A stretch of DNA of 64,000 bases from Octopus vulgaris (Eukaryota). The position numbers and the translations under genes were made by a program. Location: positions 69,688,001 to 69,752,000 of the forward strand of contig OX597830.1 in assembly GCA_951406725.2 (NCBI GenBank). Reading direction: 5' to 3'. The notes beneath the pieces were generated by a model. It worked only from the letters and a program-made list of their open reading frames with translations. It did not search any database and was not told where the DNA came from. Of the stretch, positions 42,234-56,187 are shown one piece after another (positions within the stretch are counted from its first letter, which is position 1; every line of letters starts with the position of its first letter).

Positions 42234-43237
42234 GTGTCTGTGTGTATATATGCATATAGTATATACATATATATAGTATATCTTTGTTTCTATTTAGCTA
42301 TCTCTCTATCTATACATGCATGCATACATACATACATACATATATTTATATATATTTGTGTGTGTGGATGTGTGTATAAGAATAAGACAGTTAACATTAT
42401 TGTGTGTTAGAACATCCGAAAGTCAGTGTAGCATTTTAAAATACAAAAGAAGTTTATAATTGAGAAAATATTTATTATAATTGCAAAAATACATCCCTGA
42501 AATTTAGAGACGAAAACTTATTTGACTTTCAGTTCAGACAACCATCTTAAATGACCCCAGAAACATAATATAAGCACACACACACACACACACAGATATA
42601 ATCCGTATAATCTGTCGCATTTGTTAAATTTCTTTTGTATCTTTGTTTTGATACATCCCGAATATGTTTTGATAAGAACTTTTACCAAAATTTTTTTTAG
42701 TGGAATAATATGAACGAATAGGTCATTAAAAAAAAGCAAAAACAAAAAAAAAGGATCTTCTGCTTGAGACTAATCATGTTTTACATTTAAACATTATAAA
42801 TAGGTGCCAAAGACATTATTCATGTTTGTTATTCTAAAACATTCTGGAATAAAGGATTAAGTTTTGTGTTTGTTCAAATATTTACAGAATTTCATGTTTA
42901 AAGATTAAAAAAAAAAAATATATATGAATAAATAAAATATTTCTTAAAATGTTTATTCTACAACTTTATTTTCACATTTTTACCGAAAAAACAAAATATA
43001 AAAATGTAAATCTGTCTTGAAGTTGTTCAGTTAATTTCTTGCATTCCAATCTGCTGTAGACAATTTTTGTTTATTTAATATTTTTTTTAAGAAAAACGTT
43101 TCACGAAATATGACGCATATGTCAACTTTTAACATTTCTTTCAAAGATGAATTTTCTTACTAAAACTACCCCATTTATTTTTCTGGTATTTAATCTCATG
43201 TTTGATTATTATTATGTCCCTGTAGCTAATCAAATAA

Positions 43238-43296
<59 letters not shown>

Positions 43297-43545
43297 AAAA
43301 ATAGAATTTTTTTTCAATTGTTTATTTATGATCTAGATTAAGCTGCCAATGTATTTTGTTACACATATACCACACATACATTCATACATACACACACACA
43401 TGTATACATACATATACAGACACACATACATGCAATATGCATGCATACACACACATACATTCAATCTCATGCATTCACACATACCTATGATGATGATAAT
43501 AATTACAACAAATTAATAATAATAATAGTAATTACAACAACAAAT

Positions 43546-43583
<38 letters not shown>

Positions 43584-43812
43584 CCTTTCTACTACAGGCA
43601 CAAAACCTGAAATTTTGAGGGAAGGTTAGGTTGATTACATCGACTTCAATGCTCAACTGATACTTTATTTCTTGACCCCCAAAAGGATGAAAGGTAAAGT
43701 CGACCACAGTGGAATTTGAACTCGGAATGTAGTGATGGATGAAATACCACTAAACATTTTGTCTGACATGCTAATGATTCTGCCAGCTTGCCGCCTTATT
43801 ATTATTATCATC

Positions 43813-43882
<70 letters not shown>

Positions 43883-45390
43883 GTGGTAGTAGTAGTAGTA
43901 GTAGAACAAATTGTCGTATAGGATTTCAGACATTTTTAGGAATCAAATATTAAAATAAAAAAATTGGTTTTTAATTGTGGAATTTGAAATAGATAAAGCT
44001 GTTTATAACAAGCATATCAATATTGTGTTAAAACATTCTTTGGATAGGAAAAAAAAAAACCAAAATTACTGAGGTTGTCTCTGGGACAACTATCTACATT
44101 AAGGGTGTTTTAACTCAATATTTACATGCTATTATTTATAGTTTTAGAGGGCAGTGAGCCAGCAGAATCATTAGGATGCTGGGCAATAATGCCTAGTGAC
44201 TTTTCGTCTGTCTTCACGTTCTGAATTCAAATTCCACCAAGAACAACTTTGCCTTTCATCCTTTTGAGGTCAATAAAATAACTATCAGTTGATCACCGGG
44301 GGTCAATGTAATCTACTTATCCCCTGCCTTGAACTTGCTGGCCTTGTGCCAAAATTTAAAATCATTATTTATAGTTTTAGCTACTTCAGATTTTGCCATT
44401 AAAAAGACAAGTTATTTCATGTCTCTTGAAATTTCTAAATTCTTATGACATTAAAAGAATATTAATTTAGATATAACATTAAAAAAACAATAAAATGAAC
44501 ATCTGTAATGTTACTTAGATTTTCCAACAAGCATTTAGTCAAGAATGTGCTTGAGTGTGTATATTTGATAAATTTATATTTCTTATTCTCGAAACCCTGT
44601 CTGAATTGTAATTCCCTTTCTATTAAATTCTAGTCAATTGACTTTCTTCCAATTCAAATGATTGTTTGTTTTTTTTAAATATCTATTGCTACTTTTATGC
44701 ATTTTTCTATTTACAAATGATATAATTAGAGTGTAAAACATTGAAACATTTTTACAGATTTTCAAAGAGATTATATCGTTTAAACATTAAACGTTAACAT
44801 TCAACATTTTGCTTTTGTTATTTCATAATCTATAAGAAACCGGAGTCTTTTACTTAAGCAACTTCTGTACAACTAAATCAGTGAATTTTTTTGAATTTTT
44901 TGGATTAAAAAATACTTTTTTTGCAATGGCAATTTTTAGTCTGATGTTCAGATTTAATATCTGTAATGACAGATATTTTATTTTTCAGTTCATATGATAC
45001 TGTGTATTACTTGTTACTTATTCCTAGTATTTCAATACATACGTATGCACATGCATACACATATGTGCACAAACACACACATATATTAGTATGAGTGTGT
45101 GTGTGTGTGTGTATGTGTACATTTTAAAAAAAATATATATATTTCTTTATTTTATATTTATTTTAAAATAGAAAATAAAGAACAGACAACTCTTTGATAC
45201 AATCAGACAGATGTGTTAATTCACTTGGTCATGGATTTAATATATATATATAATATATATATATATACATACATATATATATACATATATATATACACAT
45301 ATATATATATACACATATATACACATATATATATATATACACATATATATATACACACATATATATATACACACATATATATATACACAC

Positions 45391-45436
<46 letters not shown>

Positions 45437-46423
45437 TTTCTTTTTCATTTTGAAACAATAATGCTTTTTTTTTTTAAATATCAATTTAAGTATCTATATC
45501 TTTTTTCATTTTTTTTTTTTAAACTCTGTAAAACTATTTAATTTTTGTGTAATGCTACAAATTAAATTAAAATAATATGATAATTGAAATTCTTCTGGAA
45601 GCACAGTGTTCTAGAAAGAGAGGTTGCATAAATTTGGTTATTTGAAATTGATATATAATTTTTTCTTTTCTGCTTCTCGTTATGAAATTTGTTTTTTGCT
45701 GTTTTTGTTTTTTTTGTTTAATATTAATTATTAATTGATATTGACTTTTACTTTCCTCTTTTCATTTTTCTATGGCTTACCTTTATTAATTTTATTGAAA
45801 TAAATATAATTCCTCTAATAAGCAAATAAATTTTCATTTATATTTCTTTTATTCTTTTACTTGTTTCAGTCTTTGAACTGTGTCCAAGCTGGGCATAGCC
45901 ACTGCTTTAAACTTCAGTCGAGCTTATCGACTCTGGTACTTTAAATGCCTAAGGTACTTAGAGATACTTAACCCTTTAACATTCTGATTATTCTATCAAA
46001 TATAATGCTTATTTAATCACAATGTTTTGAATAAATCATACAATATTATACAATTAATCATACAATATAGGTGTAGGAGGGTCTGTGTGGTAAGTAGCTT
46101 GCTTACCAACTACATGGTAGTAGTGTGGTAAGTAACTTGCTTACCAACAAACTCATACATATATATATATATATATATATATAATAATAATAATATTAGG
46201 GAATAAATCCAAACTTACAGGGAAAAATTAGATTTAGGATTAAATCCAATTTTATAGTATAAATATATTATATTATATTATATTAAATTAGAGATAAAAC
46301 CACTATTAGGCAAATCAAACAGTGAAAAACATAAGCCAATACATAAAATTAATTTAAAAATATAAAAGTTAAAAATAAAAAATTATTTAAATAATTTAAA
46401 CTTTTAAATTTTATATATATATA

Positions 46424-46795
46424 TATAATAACAAAGGGTAAAATTAACTAATTAAGAAGTAATCAGTAATTTCACCAAGTAGAATTCGGCATGAAAAATA
46501 CCATTTCATGGTAAACTTAAGTAATACTTTATAATTAGAGTTCAGCAAAGATTTGCTTTGCCACATACCAAAGTTTAGAAATAGCAGTCAAAAAATCTTA
46601 GCTATTCCTTCTACTTTAAAAGGGACTCCCAGAAAAACCAAAGTACTTGAAAACAATCCACGCAGGCAAAAGGGAAAAATAACGAAAATCAATCGATATT
46701 AGGTTACCCACGTACGCGTGTTTCGGAATTAGATCGGTATAAAGAATAAATAATTATACTTTACCCGACCATTTTCGGCTCATCAGCGTGATGAT
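46424..46795 (-). mobile_element. Hammerhead-bearing non-coding element in (TA)n (Penelope-like pseudo-LTR fragment)
   Basis: Bounded by TA dinucleotide runs. The first ~175 bp match 2485-2660. Contains the hammerhead at 46709-46790. Confidence 0.6.
46709..46790 (-). ncRNA. Hammerhead ribozyme (type I topology, Penelope-type short palindromic stem III)
   Basis: Minus strand reads CACG-CUGAUGA-[G...long stem II...C]-GAAAC-ACGC-GUA|CGUG. Core CUGAUGA and GAAA are intact, stem I is CACG/CGUG, the cleavage triplet is GUA, and stem II contains GGUCGG/CCGAUC and UAAAG/CUUUA pairings. Confidence 0.75.
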
Positions 46796-46974
46796 ATATA
46801 TGTATGATGGTACCATGTAAAAAGCACCCAGTACACTCTGTAAAGTGGTTGGCATTAAGAAATGCATCCAGCTGTAGAAATGAAGCCAAAACTATGGAAT
46901 CTAGTGTGGCCCCTCTCAAACCATCCAACCCATGCCAACATGGAAAACGGGCATTATTGATGATCATGATGATG

Positions 46975-47152
46975 ATAGGTAGATTGGTAGGTAGGTAGAT
47001 AGATAGATAGAAAAGTATATATATATATATATATATATATAGATAGATAGATAGGTCGATAGAAACATACATACATACATACATAAATAGATAGATAGAT
47101 AGGTCGATAGAAACATACATACATACATAAATAGACAGACAGATAGATTGGT

Positions 47153-47183
<31 letters not shown>

Positions 47184-47243
47184 TAGAAACATACATACAC
47201 ACATACATACATAAATAGACAGACAGATAGATTGGTAGATATA
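46975..47243. repeat. Compound (GATA)n/(CATA)n/(TA)n repeat with higher-order periodicity
   Basis: Blocks of AGATAGATAGGTCGATAGAAACATACATAC recur. Confidence 0.8.
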
Positions 47244-49215
47244 TACAGCGGTTTTCCATATAGTTACTGTCTACCAAATTCACTCACAGGACATTGATTG
47301 ATCTGGGGTTATACTAGAAGATTCTTGCCCAAGGTGCCACACAATGGGACTGAACCTGAAACCACATGATCGCCAACTTCTTGACCATGCACCCATGCTT
47401 GTGGTAAGATGAAAGAAATCCCTAATATTTATCACTGAGATACTAAAAGTACTCAGATGAATTTCACATCAGTTACATGATTTAGCTGACTTGATTTTGT
47501 AGGATGAAAGGCAAAATCGACCTCGGCGGAATTTGAACTCAGAACATAGCTGCAAATGAAATACTGCTAAGCATTTCACCCAGCATGCTAACAATTCTGC
47601 CAGCTTGCTGCTAGGAATAAACTAATAATGGTTTCAGATTTTAGCATAAGGCCAGTACTTTTAAGGGAGAGGTGGGGGTAAATCAATTATGTACCCTCGT
47701 CCCCAGTACTTAACTGGTACTTACTCTATCGAACCTGTAGGATGAAAAATAAAGTTGGCCTCCGTGACATTTGAACTCAAGACGTAAAGTTAGAAAAAAT
47801 GCTGCTTAGCATTTTGTTTAACAAGCTAATGATTCTTATTTCTTTATTGCCCACAAGTGGCTAAACACAGAGGGGACAAACAAGGACAGACAAAGGGATT
47901 AAGTCGATTACATTGACTCCCGTTCGTAACTGGTACTTAAATTTATCGACCCCAAAAGGCAAAGTTGACATCAGTGGAATTTGAACTCAGAATGTAACGG
48001 CAGACGAAATACCTATTTCTTTACTACCCACAAGGGGCTAAACACAGAGGGGACAGACAAACGGAGTAAGTCGATTACATCGAACCCCAGTGCATAACTG
48101 GTACTTAAATTTATTGACCCCGAAAGGATGAAAGGCAAAGTCGACCTTGGTGGAATTTGAACTCAAAACGTAACGGCAGACCAAATACCGCTAAGCATTT
48201 TGCCTGGTGTGCTAACGTTTCTGCCAGCTCACCGCTTTAACATGCTAATGATTCCATCAGCTCACTTTACAGTAAACTAATTAATTATGTCTCATTTTGT
48301 GGGTCATTAAGTGAATAGAAATAACCACCACTCCATTGGTTATGATGACATGGGTTCCAGTCGGTCCCATCAATGGAACAGGATGCTCATGAAATTAATG
48401 TGCATGTGGCTGCATGCTCCATAGACACATACCTTTAACATAGTTCTCAGGGAGATTCAGTGTGTCACAATGTGACAAGGCTTGTCCTTTTAAATAAATT
48501 CATTTTTTCCGGCTGAGTGGACTGGAGCAATGTGAAATGAGGTGGTTTGCTCGAGGGCAGGCAAAATGCTTAGCAGCATTTCTTCTGTCTTTATGTTCTG
48601 AGTTCAAATCCTGCCAAGGTTGACTTTGCTTCTCATCCTTTTGGGGTTGATAAAATAAGAACCAGTTGAGTACCATCCACCTAAATTACATTTTTTTTTT
48701 TATGTCTTGCAAGTACTTGGTGACCTTGCCAGCACAGGTGCCACTTAAAAGCACCCAGTCCACATTGTAGAGTGTGTTTGGAAGGGCATCCAGCTGTAAA
48801 AACCTTGCCAAACCTGACCTTGCCTGTGCCATGTAAAAAGCACTGAGTCCACTCTGCTGAGTGGTTGGTGTTAAGAAGGACAGACATCCTGCTGTAAAAA
48901 TCCAGGTGTGTGGTGCAAGTTTTGGCCTGTCCGGCTCTTGTGAAACCGTCCCACCCATGCTAGCATGGAAGATGAACGCTAAACGATGATGAGGAGAAGG
49001 AGGAGGAGGAGGATGAAGTAGACTGAGATAGTATCTAAATATCAAAAGCTGAAATAATGTAAACAAGATTTTCCGCTTAAAGACAATCATCTCTAAAATA
49101 AGGACAAGTTTGCAAATTTGTTTGGAAGAATACAATCAATTACATCAATGTTCAGTTGTATTTAATTCTATCAACCTTTGAAAAGATGAAAGGGAGCATT
49201 AGAACTCAGGATGTG

Positions 49216-49378
49216 CTGTATTTTAACATGCATATGAAACCCCTTAACTTTTAGGGCTTAAAATTTGTAAAAGGTTTTGTAAGGGATTATAATACTATCC
49301 ATGTATAAGAAACTCCCATATTTTTTAAACCTAACTTTTGACAAAAAAGGGTTCCTTATACACGTTAAAATATGGTAA
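49216..49378. mobile_element. Short pogo/Tc1-like MITE (degenerate)
   Basis: CTGTATTTTAACATGCATATGAAACCC imperfectly mirrors GGGTTCCTTATACACGTTAAAATATGG-TA. Confidence 0.45.
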
Positions 49379-51192
49379 TTAAATGCTGCAAAGCATTTTG
49401 ATGGCTCTCAGCCAGGTGGGGTTTTTTCCAGGTGAAAGAAATGTTAAGTGTTGTAAGGATAGACATTGGAAGATTTATGATGAAGTTAATCAAAAGTGAG
49501 AACAATGAGAGTCAAAGACAATATTTGAAATATCTTTGAAAAGATGCATTACAGATCCATCCATTTTGTTTGAGCAGGGAAGGTGTATGAAGAACTAATA
49601 AAGTCAGGTGTTAGAATACCAGGCTTCATAGATGAGATTGCAAAGGACTGATATGTTATGTCAGTGGGAAAAATTAGATGTTAAAATAATCCTTTCTCCT
49701 ATAAACACAAGGCTTGAAATTTATAGGGAGTGGGTGCAGTCGATTAGATTGACTCCAGTACACAACTGGTACTTAATTTATTTACCCTGAAAGGATGAAA
49801 GGCAAAGTTGATCTCAGCAGAATTTGAACTCAGAATGGAGCAATGGGTGAAATACTGCTAAGCATTTCACCCAACATGCTAACGATTCTGCCAGCTTGCT
49901 GCCTTCAGATGTTAAAATAATGATGACAATGGTGATTCCAGAGATGACAACAATGGCAATGCTTCTGCCACTGATGATGATGTTGAAGATGATAACAGTG
50001 ATGATGATCATGACGATGATGATGATGATGATGATAACAGTGATGATGATGGTGATTACGATGAGGATGAGGATGATGATGATCATGAATATGGATGTAA
50101 GTGAGGTACAGAATTCTCTTGGAGATGCACACCTCCTCTGATTTTGCTCATTGTATCTCAGTTAAGTCCCACTGTTTTTTTCTGAATTAATCTAGTCTTG
50201 TTGCCATCAACTATTTTCTTACAACACTTTGTTGTTGTCATGGCTGCTCAATTGAATAGTTATGTGTTTGTCTCCAATTATCGATGATGAGTTGTACTCT
50301 TTGTAGAGTTATTTACTTGGCAGCAAACACAAGAGAATAGAACAAGATTTTACTAGAGAACCAAAGACAAATAAAAATTGATGAGTAGTTTTTGTGGTTT
50401 TAATGGCTGATAATGGACTATATGCAAGTCTCACTTTAGTCATTCAAAAACATACAGAAACTGTTAAATTCATTTAATTACTTATTAATTACTTGGTCGC
50501 TGATACAATTCTTATGTGAAGTTAAAAATTTCTGTTTTGTTTGGCCAAAATGAATTTCTACACTAATTGCTTTAGTTTCAATACAGTCTGAGTTGAAATC
50601 ACTTGTCAGACAAGTTGTGCTCTAAAGTGATGGACTATACTTTGAACACTTTTTTGAGCTCCATGTGTCTAACACATGTGGGCATGCCTACAAGATCAGA
50701 AAACAGCACAGCTCCCATGACTTTCAGAAACATTCCTTCACAGTTAGAGTTGCTGAAGCATGGAACAAACTGCCTGCATCAGTTGTTAGCTGCCAAGACA
50801 TTGCATCCTTTAAAATCTCCATACTTCCTGAAATTCGCCAACACTACACCTGATATCCTCCCCCTCCATACGTATGCATACATGTCTATCATGACTCATA
50901 CACTGTCCACTTTCCTGACTTTTGTACATAAATTCTATGTACTATACATGCATCTTTGATGAGTTGTGGTGCACCTGAGCACTATACACAATAATTTCAT
51001 TATTATATATTCTTTGTTGTATCTTGGGAGGGTCATAATGCCAGTTAAAAACATGCACACTGGTTTTATTTCACTTCTTTATTTTTATTTGTAGAAACCA
51101 TGCCAAATCAGACTGGAGGCTGGTGCAGTCTTCCAGCTTACCAGTTCTGGTCAAACCATCCAACCCGTGCCAACATGGACAATAGGTGCTAA

Positions 51193-51225
<33 letters not shown>

Positions 51226-52150
51226 GTGTTTTGTGACAGGCACCTGTGCTGGTGGCATGTAAAAAGCACTCACTACACATTTAGAGTGGTTGGCATTTGG
51301 AAGGGCATCCAGCTGTAGAAACCATGCTAAATAAGATAGGAACCTGGGCCAGCTCCCCAGCTTAACAGTTTTCAGTCGAACCATCCAACCCATGCCAGCA
51401 TAGAAAATGGATGTTAAATGATAATGATGATGATGATGATGATATGATGAATATCTCTTGTTGTGAGATTTACAAATAATAAGTTTCTAAGTTACTATAT
51501 AATTGTGAAATCTAATGTAATAAAATAAAGCACCCACTTCGTGGTGAATGCTTATATGTAATAAGTTTGATATAGGACTGAGTGTTTCCATATCAGCCAT
51601 CAAAAAAAGGATTTATTTCATCAAGGACAAATGGCATTGAAATAATTGAATGCGCTGATAGAGGCTGAGTGCTGAGTTTGGATCTGCCAGCGTCGCCTTG
51701 AGTGGCTTCTGTACTGGTGGCACGTGAAAAGCACCAACCGATCATGGTTGTTGCCAGCCTCCCTTGGCACCTGTGCCGATGGCATGTAAAAAGCACCCAC
51801 TACACTCACGGAGTGGTTGGCGTTAGGAAGAGCATCCAGCTGTAGAAACACTGCCGGATCAAACTGGAGCCTGGTGCAGGCTTCTGGCTTCCCAGACCCT
51901 GGTCGAACCATCCAACCCATGCTAGCAAGGAAAACGGACATTAAATGATGATGATGATGATGATGATGATTTCCATGCCTTCAAGAGGAGTTCAATCAAA
52001 ATTTGAAACTGAAGAAATGTATTGATTTCTACCCTGCAGCACCTATTTATATTTGGTGATGGTATATAGTTAGGGTGTTAAGCTCATGACCATAAGGTGT
52101 TAGGTTCGATTAGGTTTAATTCCTGAACAGGATGGCATGTGGTACTTTAA

Positions 52151-52370
52151 CCCTTTAGCATTTAAACTAGCCATATCTGACCCAAATATTCTACCAGTTT
52201 TATGTCCAAACCTGACAGATCCAGCCTCTCACACCTACCTTACAATGTCATTCTAAAAACAAGCAATCACATCATCAAAGTTTCAAAGCTATGAGATAAT
52301 GCATGATTGATGCAAAACAATGTGAGCAAATAAGCATTACATTTGACTGAGTAATCAGAATGCAAAATGG
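52151..52370. mobile_element. piggyBac-like MITE, uninterrupted copy
   Basis: TTAA|CCCTTTAGCATT...AATGCAAAATGG|TTAA. Internal sequence matches the two halves at 37671-37830 and 38511-38558. Confidence 0.65.
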
Positions 52371-54731
52371 TTAAACATGTCAATTTTATTTCACATTGCA
52401 CATGTCTAATCAACTGAAATGAGTTCGAAAAGTAGCAGTTAATCTTGTGGCAGACCGGTGTCTTATTCAGGAGTGTGTCTTATACACTTGCCCCCATATG
52501 TACTATGGTAATTGGAATAAGTTCTAGCCTAATGATCTTGTAGGTAGAAGAGAGATTTTAATGTAACTAATCTATTTGAGAGTCAATCAACTGGGCCATA
52601 TGCAATGCAGGGGCAGCATAAAAAAAAACATAATTAAAACTGCTAATATTATTGGTGGCACTCCGTCGGTTATGGCAACGAGTGTTCCAGTTGATCCGAT
52701 CAACGGAACAGCCTGCTCGTGAAATTAACGTGCAAATAGCTGAGCACTTCGCAGAGAGTCAGCGTGACACAGAGTGTGACAAGGCTGACCCTTTGAAATA
52801 CAGGTACAACAGAAACAGGAAGAGAGAGTGAGAGAAAGTTGCGGTGAAAGAGTACAGCAGGGTTCACCACCACCCCAGCTTCTGGTCTATTGATATACTG
52901 TCTCCTCACTTTACTCCTGTGGGGTCTATCCCTCGGAGCTGACTATCTCGTGCTATTTCCACCTATTCTCGCTCACACCCCCAGATCCTACACCAACCAC
53001 TTTTCAAGAAGGTTAATCCTTCAGAATCTCCATTGCCCATGTTTTTTGGGTTTTTTTAAAGAACAAAACATCAGTCAGGCCGTTATCACCGATCATGGAG
53101 AGCCTGTTGAGGCAATGTACAGTCTCCTACTCCTAATCAAACTATAACAAAATTAGAGCAGCCTTATCTAATGTGTCCCCCTACTTTTTTGCGAAGACGA
53201 TCTGACTGCTTTTTCTAGCTGGTTAAATGACCAGATAATAGGGACATCCTTGGCTCGCGAAAGCGCAACTTTCCAATTTGAGATTATCTTAGAATTACCT
53301 CCCTTGAATAACTTTCATTTGCAGCACATTTTCCTTAGAATTGCGATAATTTGAAAACAGTATAAGCTACAGAAATCTAGGAACTTAGTTAAAACTGAGA
53401 AATGTTATCACTTCAGATAAATAGATAACGTGCTAAAATATTTACCATTAAACAATTAAAATAATGAAAATCGTTTTCCTGTTCCCTATTCAGTATTCTC
53501 AGAGATAACGAATAGCTAAAGGGAGATTACTTTTCTTAAATACCCAGAAATATTGTCTGGGGACATTTTATAGAATAGAAAAAAAAAAAACCCTTTTGAA
53601 CGGTAAGTAACCCAAAAGGCAACACCTGTTAGATTAAGCATTTATTATAAATTTAGAATGCTTATTTATTTATCACTTTTCATTGTCACCACACATACTT
53701 GAACTAAACCCTAATACCACTTGGTGCCAGACCAATCCGCCTTCGGTGGCCCTACCAGGAACCGAAGTTCCTGATGGCATAGCTCGGACACTTTCCTAAC
53801 ATCACAGTACAATAGCTGAATTAGTGTATTCATTGGCAATGTCGTTGATATGAGGCCCTTAGTAGTTATGAATGATATTCATCAGATTGTAAGTGCTTAT
53901 GCATGATAAGTTCAACACAAAATGAACCGTTGCATGTCAGTCATTTCACATGACATGTAATAAGAAAACAAGAGTCTACACTCAATAGAAAGATAGTCTG
54001 AAATGACTAAGGGTAATTTGATGTGGTTTTTAGTAACAAGAGCACTATACTGGCAGTGGAGGACCAAGCTCTGGCCATGAACTGGAGGGTCAACCTGAGC
54101 AAGTGTCTCTGCTGTACTGGGAGAAGTTGAACTACTGAAACCTTTTGAAACACCTAAGTTTTAGAGTGGTGAGCTGTTTCTGACGTGATCCCTACTTACA
54201 GATGCGTAGATAGGGTGCTTCAGCCTTTTAGCCCAACAGACATAATAAAATGTTTCTGGAAGGATATGAAGTGCTCATATCCTCCTTGGCTGATACCTTC
54301 TAGACTCAAGTTACCTGTATGGACTTTTTAAACACCCTCCTAATTAGCATTAACAGCAATACATTACATAATAAGGTAAATACTACGGATTCCATTGTAG
54401 AATTACCAGATATTCAAATAGAAATTAAGAAATGAACTGTAGAAAAATAAAATGTATTTGTACAAGCTGTTTCATTAACCTGATCTCACTAACTGCATTT
54501 AAAATAATAATAAATCTTTCTAATTTAAGGCCAGTGATTTTAGTAGGAGGAGGTTAGTCAATTACATAGACCCTAGTGTTCAACTGGTACTTATTTTATT
54601 GACCTTAAAAGGATGAAAGGCAAAGTCAGCCTCAGTGGAATTTTAATACAGAAAGTGAATGGCCAGAAAAAAATGCCACTACGCAGTTTGTCTGACATGC
54701 AAACAATTCTGCCATATCTCTACCTTATTTA

Positions 54732-55016
54732 CGGAGATGTACTTGCATAGCAAGTGACCTGATCTGAGATCGTGTGCTGGAACGAAAACAATTGCAGCAT
54801 GGAAGGTGTTTGTAAGCCATTTAAGAAACACACAGAAACCGTTAGATCCACTTCAACATTTAAATTTAACTTACAGCACGGAATTTTGTCAGTGAACAGG
54901 TCACGGTCTCAAAACGACGAAAATATTTTGGCAAATTAAATTTAAATGTTGAAGTGAATCTAACGGTTTTTGTGTGTTTCTTAAATGGCTTATAAACACC
55001 TTCCATGCTGCAATTG
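54732..55016. mobile_element. Fold-back insertion with ~13-bp target-site duplication
   Basis: Arms 54788-54869 and 54936-55017. Direct repeat TCTACCTTATTTA at 54719-54731 and 55017-55029. Confidence 0.7.
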
Positions 55017-55029
55017 TCTACCTTATTTA

Positions 55030-55910
55030 TAATAGGAAAAACAAAGGAAGAAGTACAAAAATGACATGAAGAAGAATTACGCAAGAAGGGACTACACAAT
55101 CAATTCCGTGTAGCCACAATAGAAGTGGCTGGAAAAAATAAGTGGGATTGGCTGATGAAAGGAATCCTAAAAAAAGAGACTGAGAGCACTATACTGGCAG
55201 TGCAGGACTAAGCTCTGGCCACGAACTGGAGGGTCAATCTGAGGAATGAGCAAGTGTCCCTGTTATGCCTCATCTGCAATAGAGTGGATGAAACTATTGC
55301 CTGTATCATGAACGAATGCTCTAGACTTGCTCAAAACCACTATAACCTGTGGTGACACAACCAGGTAGCGAAAGTGCTACATTGGAAACTGTGCAAAAAG
55401 TGGGGGCCTGAGAGAGGCAAGACATGGTATGAGTACAAACCACAGAGGGTGGCGGAGTCAGAGACTAACAAAATCTTCTGGAATTTCTCAATCCATACAG
55501 ATCAGGTGCTAGAGCATAACAGACTGGAGCTAGTGGTAGTGGACAAGGTGCACCACAAATGCTATATAGTTGATGTTACATGCCCCTTTGCATGAATAGT
55601 CAAGAAGGAAGGCGAAAAGATAGATAGATACAACCCTCTTAAGTACAAAATAGCCTGGCTATGGAAAATGAAGGTGAAGATAGTGCCAATTATTGTTGGG
55701 TCCTTGGGAACAGTATCAGAAGGCATCAAGAGGAATATAAAAGAAATTGGAATGGAGTGCCCAGTAGAACAGTTATAAAATAATCAGGAAAGTATTAGAT
55801 AACTGAATAGAATGAATAGAATGGTACCATAAGCTGCAAGTAGTAAGCCTGCTACATGCAAGACTCCAGGGACTCCAACAAAACTTGTGATAAAGAGAAA
55901 ATAATAATAA
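55030..55910 (+). mobile_element. R4/Dong-like LINE 3' fragment (zinc-knuckle region plus restriction-like endonuclease)
   Basis: KETESTILAVQD, CLICNRVDETIACIMNEC, HNQVAKVLHWKLCKKW, KIFWNFSIHTDQVLEHNRLELVVVDK...IVDVTCPF, KEGEKIDRY, IVPIIVGSLG. Ends at (AAT)n. Confidence 0.8.
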
Positions 55911-56080
55911 TTCTTTCTATGAAAGGCACAAAGCCTGAAATTTGGGGGTAGGGGAATAGTCGATTACATTGACCACAGTATTTCACTGGTACTTAATTTA
56001 TTGACCCTGAGAGGATGGAAGGCAAAGTCAACCCTGGCGGAATTTGAACTCAGAATGTGAAAACAGATGAAATGTCACAA

Positions 56081-56126
<46 letters not shown>

Positions 56127-56150
56127 ATGGTGGTGATGGTGATGATGATA

Positions 56151-56187
<37 letters not shown>

